DNA of 53,737 nt from a virus: IMG/VR virus record IMGVR_UViG_3300045988_128558, positions 1 through 53,737 of that record; one strand, given 5' to 3'. Position numbers and translations under genes: made by a program. Positions 8,948-15,021 of this stretch are shown piece by piece (the first letter of the stretch is position 1; each line of letters opens with the position of its first letter). The notes beneath the pieces are model-generated. The model worked only from the letters and a program-made list of their open reading frames with translations. It did not search any database and had not been told where the DNA came from.

Positions 8948-9478
8948 TTACGCCCAGACACCGGGGGTTAGGGGTTTACCGTCGAGCTTGAGCGGCTTTT
9001 CTGAGGTTAGGTGGAAGTGGAAGAAGTGGTTGCCGTCGCCGTCTACAGACCAATAGTGGCAACTCTCGCCAATGGTGGTTGATACGCGCTTACCGAAGTT
9101 GCGGCGGATAGAGTCCATGAGGTCGTTCACAACCGGGGCTACGGTACCGCCCTTTTTGAGGTCGGCAACAATATAATCGAAGAAGTCATCAGCGCGTGAC
9201 GGCTTAACACCTTCTTGCCAGCCCTCGAAACCGACGAAGTTCAGCATGTCTATTAGGTCAGCAGGAAGCCCAACACGTTTTGCGGTGTGCTTGCGTACGG
9301 TAACGCCCGCCTTGGTGGAGAATTGGTCGAAGACGCCAACACTAATCCATTCACCGCTTACATAAATCCGACGTATGAACTGAGTGGCGAATCGTAGCAC
9401 ACGCGGGTTAGGGTCGCGCTTGACCTGTTCACGGCTCAACTTGACGATTACGGGGTAGGTATAGGTATGGGTGGACAT
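8948..9478 (-). CDS. hypothetical protein (176 aa), paralog of 10073..10570
   Basis: Motifs shared with the 165-aa paralog: TYPV, DLIDM, VKPxRxDDFF, ADLxxGG, C(D/H)YW and HFxHFxL. Confidence 0.8.
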   Translation of the reverse strand: MSTHTYTYPVIVKLSREQVKRDPNPRVLRFATQFIRRIYVSGEWISVGVFDQFSTKAGVTVRKHTAKRVGLPADLIDMLNFVGFEGWQEGVKPSRADDFFDYIVADLKKGGTVAPVVNDLMDSIRRNFGKRVSTTIGESCHYWSVDGDGNHFFHFHLTSEKPLKLDGKPLTPGVWA

Positions 9479-9528
9479 AGGGGTTTCCTTCCAGTAGGGG
9501 GGTATGAATACGCTATGGATAGCGTGAG

Positions 9529-9575
9529 TGCCCCGGTGTGGAGTCGAACCACACCACCGCTAACCGTAGCGGGGC
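9529..9575 (-). ncRNA. tRNA-like element R4 (47 nt)
   Basis: Minus strand reads GCCCCG-[CTACGGTTAGCGGTG]-GTGTGG TTCGACT CCACAC CGGGGC A. The two 6-bp stems total 12 bp, and the linker can form GCTA-CGGT-TAGC. Confidence 0.55.
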
Positions 9576-9593
9576 TACCGGGTGTACCGGCGG

Positions 9594-9956
9594 TTAGTTA
9601 TGGGTGCGTACCGTAGCGGTAGCAAGTACGGGGTAACCGAAGCCGTGGACGAAACCGCGCTCGAAGATGACACAGTTGCCCGTGGGATTGACCTGTAGCG
9701 CGGTGAACTTTTCGATATTGCCCCCGGCTTCCTGAATCAAGGTATCAGGAACGACATTGTGAGGATTCTTGAAGTCATGGTTAGCCATACGTAGCAGGCG
9801 CTCTTCGGCAGCCACTAGTGCCCCCGATAGACCGGATCCACTGTGGATATTGATAGGCATACCCCACGTATGCCAGCCATAATCCTCACGGTACAGCCCG
9901 GCGGTTCCGTCGGTATCCACGATTAGGTACATAGGTATTTCACGGGTAGTAGACAT
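9594..9956 (-). CDS. hypothetical protein (120 aa)
   Basis: ORF 9594..10052 trimmed to the ATG at 9956 (MSTTREIPMY...), preceded by GAAAGGAAACC. The longer form would read through element R5. Confidence 0.7.
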   Translation of the reverse strand: MSTTREIPMYLIVDTDGTAGLYREDYGWHTWGMPINIHSGSGLSGALVAAEERLLRMANHDFKNPHNVVPDTLIQEAGGNIEKFTALQVNPTGNCVIFERGFVHGFGYPVLATATVRTHN

Positions 9957-10015
9957 AGGGGTTTCCTTTCGGTATGAGGTATGAGGTATGAATACGCTAC
10001 TAGGGATAGCGTGAG

Positions 10016-10064
10016 TGCCCGCCGTCGGAATTGCACCGGCGGTTAGACCCAAGCTAGGGCGGGC
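10016..10064 (-). ncRNA. tRNA-like element R5 (49 nt)
   Basis: Minus strand reads GCCCGCC-[CTAGCTTGGGTCTAACC]-GCCGG TGCAATT CCGAC GGCGGGC A. It has a perfect 7-bp acceptor-like stem, a 5-bp T-like stem with one C.A mismatch, and a D-arm-like TAG-CTTGGGT-CTA. Confidence 0.5.
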
Positions 10065-10072
10065 TGTCCTGG

Positions 10073-10570
10073 CTAAGCAGGACGGGGGTAAGTGGTGTAG
10101 TGCCTAATCTTTTCGCCTTTGAGCTCCAAGGGTTCCGGCGATTCTAGGGTGAAGTGTGCAAAGTGTACGCCGTTCTCAGCCTTGACCCAATAGTCACAGC
10201 CTTCACTAACGTTAGTGCTCACGTCTTCACCGAAGAGGTCGCGTAGCGCGCAGTCGAAGTACAGACCTGTGTCAAGGGTAGAGCCGCCTTCTACAAGGTC
10301 GGCAAACGCCCAACCAAAGAAGTCATCTTCACGACCCGGCTTTACGTCTACAATTTCGCCGTTTTCGTCAAACTCGACCATGTCGATAAGGTCGGTATAA
10401 TCCGCTTCTTCGAGAGCTTCACGGTGCGACATGTCAGGGTTGAACGCAAACAAAGTAGTCCAGTCGTAATGACGGTTGTTCACGTAGAGCTCTGCAACGC
10501 CCCCCGTGTATTTCGGGTCACGGTAAGCAACGACGGTTACGGGGTAGGTAAAGGTCTTAGAAGTGGACAT
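10073..10570 (-). CDS. hypothetical protein (165 aa), paralog of 8948..9478; first gene of the leftward operon
   Basis: See 8948..9478. The ATG at 10570 is preceded by GAAAGGA. Confidence 0.8.
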   Translation of the reverse strand: MSTSKTFTYPVTVVAYRDPKYTGGVAELYVNNRHYDWTTLFAFNPDMSHREALEEADYTDLIDMVEFDENGEIVDVKPGREDDFFGWAFADLVEGGSTLDTGLYFDCALRDLFGEDVSTNVSEGCDYWVKAENGVHFAHFTLESPEPLELKGEKIRHYTTYPRPA

Positions 10571-10620
10571 AATAAGTCCTTTCGATAGGGGGTTAGAAAG
10601 CTCGACAGGGTGTCGATACG

Positions 10621-10678
10621 TTCCCTAATGGAGGCTCGAACTCCATACCCGCTACGCGGGCGCTCCAACAGCTAGGGA
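10621..10678 (-). ncRNA. tRNA-like element R6 (58 nt) in the 5' leader of the leftward operon
   Basis: Minus strand reads TCCCTAG-[26 nt, with GTTGGAG and hairpin CCCGC-GTA-GCGGG]-TGGAG TTCGAGC CTCCA TTAGGGA A. The 7-bp and 5-bp stems total 12 bp, and TTCGAGC is a canonical T-loop sequence. Confidence 0.55.
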
Positions 10679-10749
10679 TACTTTTACCTTTTCCCATTAC
10701 ACTATTCCGTTATCAAATATCAAGTTCGGCTATGTGCCTTATGTCATTC

Positions 10750-10778
10750 AGTATATCAGGTCTTAGACAGCTTGTCAA
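10750..10778 (-). promoter_or_regulatory. leftward promoter P-a: TTGACA-17 nt-TATACT
   Basis: The minus strand reads TTGACAagctgtctaagacctgaTATACT. The -35 box is the plus-strand tgtcaa at 10773-10778 and the -10 box is agtata at 10750-10755. Confidence 0.75.
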
Positions 10779-10827
10779 GTCCTTCTATCTGAAATTATTT
10801 CGACCGGGATTTTTCCCGTTCGTGATT

Positions 10828-10856
10828 AGTATATCAACTCTTTATCAGTTTGTCAA
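10828..10856 (-). promoter_or_regulatory. leftward promoter P-b: TTGACA-17 nt-TATACT
   Basis: The -35 box is the plus-strand tgtcaa at 10851-10856 and the -10 box is agtata at 10828-10833. It has the same architecture as P-a. Confidence 0.7.
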
Positions 10857-11030
10857 ATCGTTTGTTTTTAGTCTCTGAGTCTCCACGCAAACGAACACGT
10901 GCGTACACCCCGCCCCGTGCGTAACGGTTTTTCGGCTTTGGGTATAACAACTTTCCCGCGCTAGGCGGTACTACCAGGCGACCTAGGGGCTAAAAGCCCC
11001 AGCGACAAACTTTATTTAGTTGATATGAAT

Positions 11031-11059
11031 ATCGTAGCAAGCTCTAGACAGCTTGTCAA
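11031..11059 (-). promoter_or_regulatory. leftward promoter P-c: TTGACA-17 nt-TACGAT
   Basis: The -35 box lies at 11054-11059 and the -10 box at 11031-11036. It shares the block tctagacagcttgtcaagtc with P-a. Confidence 0.55.
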
Positions 11060-11108
11060 GTCTTAGCTAGATATTTTCTCAACCGCCCGTTTCAGCGGCT
11101 ATGTGAAT

Positions 11109-11138
11109 ATCATGCCAGAGCTTTTAACACTTTGTCAA
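11109..11138 (-). promoter_or_regulatory. possible leftward promoter P-d: TTGACA-18 nt-CATGAT (weak -10)
   Basis: The -35 box lies at 11133-11138. It shares cggctatgtg and aatatc blocks with P-a and P-c. Confidence 0.35.
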
Positions 11139-11186
11139 ACTATTTTAGTGTGAAGTGCATCACTTTTGTTAGCTCTTTTACATAAG

Positions 11187-11486
11187 GCGCGCATACGCGC
11201 GCGTAGTGTAACACGTTGCTATGGTGGTGTGCAAGTGGTAGTAGTGTGGTGTTGTACACATTGTGTAGTTTGGTGTGTACGTGTATGTGAGTGTGTGCAT
11301 GTGTATGTATGTGTGTATGTGTGCATGTATGTGTATGTGTGTATGTGTGCGTGTAAGTGTATGTGTGTATGAGTGAGTAAGCGCGCATTAGTGTGTGTAT
11401 ATGCGTATGCGTGTGTATGCGTGTATGTAAGCGTGTGAGAGCGCGCGTTAGTGCGTACACGTGCGTTTACGTGCGTTTACGTGCGA
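11187..11486. repeat. GT-rich, strand-skewed alternating purine-pyrimidine low-complexity tract ending in 10-bp tandem repeats (gtgcgtttac)
   Basis: Read directly. There is a perfect Pu/Py alternation of 64 bp at 11291-11354 and another of about 38 bp at 11391-11428. There are gcgcgc blocks, and 11451-11486 reads gtgcgtacac gtgcgtttac gtgcgtttac gtgcga. Confidence 0.9.
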
Positions 11487-11629
11487 GGGGGCGGGGGGTA
11501 TCCCCTTAGCAGCAACTTTTCGCTCCGCCGGGTTCTGTCGCTCGACCTCTGAACCGTAGAAAAAGTACGAGGGCGAACATGTGTTCTACGTGAGCTGGAA
11601 CACCAGAAGATATGTTCGGCACACAAAGA

Positions 11630-11682
11630 GGGACCCCCACCGTATTCTCCCAAGGCCCCGAGGAGAATACGGTGGGGGTCCC
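11630..11682. other. perfect 21-bp stem / 11-nt loop hairpin upstream of terS
   Basis: gggacccccaccgtattctcc (11630-11650) and ggagaatacggtgggggtccc (11662-11682) are exact reverse complements. Confidence 0.9.
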
Positions 11683-11703
11683 GGTCAGATTCTAGCACAC
11701 AGC

Positions 11704-11709
11704 TATACT
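11704..11709 (+). promoter_or_regulatory. candidate -10 box (gcTATACT) for the rightward structural operon
   Basis: TATACT lies 39 nt upstream of the terS ATG. The same gcTATACT string recurs at 40314-40321 and 40417-40424. No good -35 is visible. Confidence 0.3.
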
Positions 11710-11747
11710 GGAGACTGCGGGACCCCGCCCGCACAGTTCACAGAAAG

Positions 11748-12221
11748 GTGCCCAAAATGGGAGGAGCAGGAAACAACCGAAGCCGCCGCGGAAAGTTCGA
11801 GGTGGCAAAGGCAACCCCCGTTGTCATCGACCCCGCAGAGCAGCCGAGCCTGGAGCAGATCTCACCTAACGTTGAGTGGCTACCCCCGACCATTGAGTTC
11901 TGGGAGTCGCTTCCTGAGCACCCCACGTTCCAGACAATGACCAGAGCGCAGTGGTATTCTGCAGCGCTGTCCCTCGCCGTGCCGTACAACGAGGCCCTGA
12001 CGAAGCTCCTCAACGGGCAGCCCTCGACGCGCGCCTCCGAGGTCTACACCTCCCACGCGAAGGACTACGGCCTGACCCCGAAGGCTATGCTCGGTATGAA
12101 CATCGAACTGCTGACCGCTGCCGAGATGCAGCAGCGCGTGGATGCTTCGCGACCGCAACTGCCGCCAGCGCTGGGTAGCCCCTCCCGCACCTACGACGGA
12201 CTACGACTGGAGGGTAAGTAA
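11748..12221 (+). CDS. terS: terminase small subunit (157 aa)
   Basis: Sits immediately upstream of terL and is translationally coupled to it (TAATG). It has a basic N-terminus and the typical size. The call rests on position. Confidence 0.6.
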   Translation: MPKMGGAGNNRSRRGKFEVAKATPVVIDPAEQPSLEQISPNVEWLPPTIEFWESLPEHPTFQTMTRAQWYSAALSLAVPYNEALTKLLNGQPSTRASEVYTSHAKDYGLTPKAMLGMNIELLTAAEMQQRVDASRPQLPPALGSPSRTYDGLRLEGK

Positions 12222-15010
12222 TGGACATCTTCGGCAACGCACCTGTGGCCGCTGGCTTCAAGCCGGAGTACCCCGGCGAGTTGCCCACCCTGGGCTTCGA
12301 GGCGATTCACTGGATGACTCAGTTTCTCGCCCGCCCGACGGTCACCCGGTACGAACCGTTCTCCCCGACGCGCGAGCAGGCAGAGTTCCTACTCAAGTGG
12401 TACCAGCTGGACCCCATCACTGGGCAGCGCAAGTACCGCCGAGGCGTGATTCAGCGCCCAAAGGGATGGGGCAAGGCTGAGAGCCTGGATAACGTGGTGC
12501 CCACCCCGAACGGCTATAAGCGGTTCGGGGATCTGCGTGTGGGCGATTACGTGTATGGCGCCGACGGTAAGCCTACGATGGTTGTTCAGGTACACCCCAT
12601 CATTGAAGACTTCGGATATACCGTGACTGCTTCTGATGGGTCTGAGGGTGTCTTCCACGAGAATCATACGTTTGTGGTGCAGGAGTTTACGGGCTCTGGT
12701 CGGAAGCTGGTTGAGCGGTCTGTTGGCGATATGGCTGCTCGCGGGATGATTCACCCCCGCGCGCTAACCAAGGGTCGCACCAAGGCGTCTAAGCCGGGTG
12801 TATCCCGGTTCGCTTTGCAGGAGCCGCCCGCCTTGTCGAACCCCGGCAAGGAGCTACCCGTAGACCCGTATGTTCTCGGTGTATGGCTTGGCGATGGTGA
12901 CTCGGATAGTGGCCGGGTGACTTTTAACGCTGATGACCAGGAGCATATGACTACCCGCATGGGGGTGACGGAGCTACGCCTGCAGTGGAATGACGCGCAT
13001 ACGGCAGCGCGCGCCACTGTCCCCGGACTGATCTCTAAACTACGTTCCCTCGGGGTGCTCGGCAACAAGCATATTCCTGCGGGGTATATCCGCGCATCTA
13101 GGACTGACCGCTTGGAGCTGCTGCGCGGCCTCATGGACTCTGACGGACACGTAGAAACTTCGGGTGTTCGGGCGGAGTATTGCACCACGTCCGAGCGTCT
13201 GGCAGAAGGGGTTAGGAGTCTCCTGTTTTCCCTGGGCTACCGCCCTACGGTACTTGTCGGCGTGGCCAAGCTGTATGGCCGTGAGGTTTCTAAGAAGTAC
13301 CGGATTCGTTTCCGTCCTCGGACGGAGGATCCTGTGGTTAGCTTGCCCCGTAAGGTTTCTCGTATCAAGCCCTTGGTTAGGGCTCAGCAGCCGAGGGTTA
13401 TCGCTGATATTCGCCGGACGGAGCAGAAGGTGCTGATGCGGTGCATCACGGTTGAGGCTCCCGATGGTCAGTACATCACCGGCAGGAGCCATTGGGTGAC
13501 GCACAACAGCCCGTTCCTGTCCGCGATCGCTGCGTTCGAGGCGCTGGGCAATTGCCGGTTCGCTGGCTGGGACGCTAACGGGCGACCTGTCGGCGCGCCC
13601 TGGAACGCAGAGCGTAAGGTAGAGATCTCACTGCTGGCAGTCTCGGAAGACCAGACCCGCAACGCCTTCGAGCCGATGAAGGAGATGATGGGAACAGACC
13701 ACCTGGCGGCGTACTACCCCGGCTTGGAGGTCATGGAGACACGTATCTTGCTCCCCTTCAACGGCATGATTAAACCCCGTACCGCGAGCGCGGCCAGCTT
13801 CGAGGGTACCCCGCAGGTGTTCACGATTGCTGACCAGACCGAGACGTGGCTACCGAACAACGGCGGTGTGGAACTAGGCGCGGTGGCGAAGCGAAACATG
13901 TCCAAAACTGACGGCACGCTGCTTGAGGCTCCTAACGCCTTCGTACCCGGCGCGGGCTCCTTCGCGGAGCTGACGTGGGAGGCATACCAGAAGGCTATCG
14001 CTGGCGACTCGTTCCGAGACAGCATCTTCTACGACACGAGGGACTGGGGCGAGCCAGACCTGGATGATCCGAACAGCGTCATTGCTGGTCTTGAGCACGC
14101 CTACGGTGACTCCCTTAAGTCTGCGCACGGGTGCCGCATCCACACTCCCCCCTGCGGCGTGGACGGTTCCCCCTACCCCGGTGGCTGGGTGAACATCAAC
14201 GGTGTACTCGATGATGTGTTCGACCCGGCGACGACGCTCTCGGACGCGGCTAGGTATTTCGGCAACAAGCCTCACGCCGCTGCAGATGCCTTCCTGGACA
14301 TGAGCCAGCTTGCCGCCGCGACGTTCTACGACCTAGAGGCGGCAGGCATCCAGCCTCCGTCCGCGCGCGACAAGATTGTGCTCGGCTTTGATGGTTCGTG
14401 GGGACGTAGCAAAGGCATCACGGACGCGACCGCGATCGTGGCGATGCGCGTCTCGGACGGTCTATCCTGGGCGGTGCGCATCTGGGAACAGCCGGACTCT
14501 GCGGAGGGTCGTGACTGGGAGCCTCCGCGCCAGGAGATTGACGCAGTAATGCGCCAGACCATTCAATCCTTCGATGTCGTGGACGCGCTCTTCGACCCGT
14601 CCGGCTGGGAGACAGCGGCGGCGGAGTGGGAGAATCTGATTTCCACCCGGCGAGTGGAGCGCCAACAGCTCAGCACCATAACGAAGGCACCTCCCCGCTA
14701 TGGTTCGATGATGTGGCGCGGTAACCAGCTCTCCGCGGTGGCCGCGGCAACCCAAGCCCTACGCATCGCGATCATCGAGAAGGAAGTAATGATTACCGGC
14801 TCCTCCGACCTGAGCCGCCACATCTTGAACGCGGTGTACCGCGAGACACGCGCGGGTAAAATTCTGTATAAGGAATCCCCGAGTAGCGCCCGCAAGATTG
14901 ACGCGGCGTATGCCCTGATGCTGGCGCACCAGTCACGACTGCGTGTGCTGGCTAAGGGCACGGGAGCAGACCAGACGCGCGGTGTCATGCAGCCGATGCG
15001 TATTAGATAG
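12221..15010 (+). CDS. terL: terminase large subunit precursor (929 aa) interrupted by an intein in the Walker A / P-loop
   Basis: The N-extein ends ...RPKGWGK and the C-extein starts SPFLSAIAAFEAL, which restores GWGKS. The size after splicing is about 585 aa. The gene lies between terS and the portal gene. Confidence 0.85.
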   Translation: MDIFGNAPVAAGFKPEYPGELPTLGFEAIHWMTQFLARPTVTRYEPFSPTREQAEFLLKWYQLDPITGQRKYRRGVIQRPKGWGKAESLDNVVPTPNGYKRFGDLRVGDYVYGADGKPTMVVQVHPIIEDFGYTVTASDGSEGVFHENHTFVVQEFTGSGRKLVERSVGDMAARGMIHPRALTKGRTKASKPGVSRFALQEPPALSNPGKELPVDPYVLGVWLGDGDSDSGRVTFNADDQEHMTTRMGVTELRLQWNDAHTAARATVPGLISKLRSLGVLGNKHIPAGYIRASRTDRLELLRGLMDSDGHVETSGVRAEYCTTSERLAEGVRSLLFSLGYRPTVLVGVAKLYGREVSKKYRIRFRPRTEDPVVSLPRKVSRIKPLVRAQQPRVIADIRRTEQKVLMRCITVEAPDGQYITGRSHWVTHNSPFLSAIAAFEALGNCRFAGWDANGRPVGAPWNAERKVEISLLAVSEDQTRNAFEPMKEMMGTDHLAAYYPGLEVMETRILLPFNGMIKPRTASAASFEGTPQVFTIADQTETWLPNNGGVELGAVAKRNMSKTDGTLLEAPNAFVPGAGSFAELTWEAYQKAIAGDSFRDSIFYDTRDWGEPDLDDPNSVIAGLEHAYGDSLKSAHGCRIHTPPCGVDGSPYPGGWVNINGVLDDVFDPATTLSDAARYFGNKPHAAADAFLDMSQLAAATFYDLEAAGIQPPSARDKIVLGFDGSWGRSKGITDATAIVAMRVSDGLSWAVRIWEQPDSAEGRDWEPPRQEIDAVMRQTIQSFDVVDALFDPSGWETAAAEWENLISTRRVERQQLSTITKAPPRYGSMMWRGNQLSAVAAATQALRIAIIEKEVMITGSSDLSRHILNAVYRETRAGKILYKESPSSARKIDAAYALMLAHQSRLRVLAKGTGADQTRGVMQPMRIR
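12476..13507 (+). mobile_element. intein with LAGLIDADG homing-endonuclease domain (about 344 aa) inside terL
   Basis: Block A-like (A)ESLDNVVPTPNGYKRFGDLRVGD, two LAGLIDADG motifs (LGVWLGDGDSDSG and LLRGLMDSDGHV), block F/G RCITVE...HWVTHN, then +1 Ser. The N-terminal junction is ambiguous: Ala at 12476 or Ser at 12482. Confidence 0.8.
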
Positions 15011-15021
15011 GAGAAGAAGAT

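Noticed and set aside
9594-10052. Full-length 152-aa form of this ORF, and similar long forms at 1302-1700, 913-1335, 5985-6932, 48299-49849 and 49701-50072
   Set aside because: The N-terminal extensions run through intergenic structured elements or into neighbouring genes and have odd composition. In each case an internal ATG with a GAAAGGA- or AAGGAG-type SD fits the tight gene packing.
6933-10680. The T-loop-containing elements as ordinary tRNA genes or as attP cores
   Set aside because: At 43-59 nt they are too short for canonical tRNAs and lack a 5-bp/7-nt anticodon arm. R1 and R6 have only imperfect substitutes without U33. An attP-type tRNA 3' fragment would be a single copy next to an integrase, whereas here there are six copies and no integrase. 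They are reported as tRNA-like structures instead.
10986-11000. Small hairpin ggggc-taaaa-gcccc between promoters P-b and P-c as a terminator
   Set aside because: It has only a 5-bp stem and no U-tract on either strand, so the evidence is insufficient.
11140-11460. 106-aa minus-strand ORF encoding His-Thr/Tyr-Thr repeats (..HTHTHIHT..YTYTHTYTHTHT..)
   Set aside because: It is a translation artefact of the (GT/AC)n alternating purine-pyrimidine tract. It has no RBS, an extreme low-complexity composition, and lies upstream of (outside) the leftward promoters.
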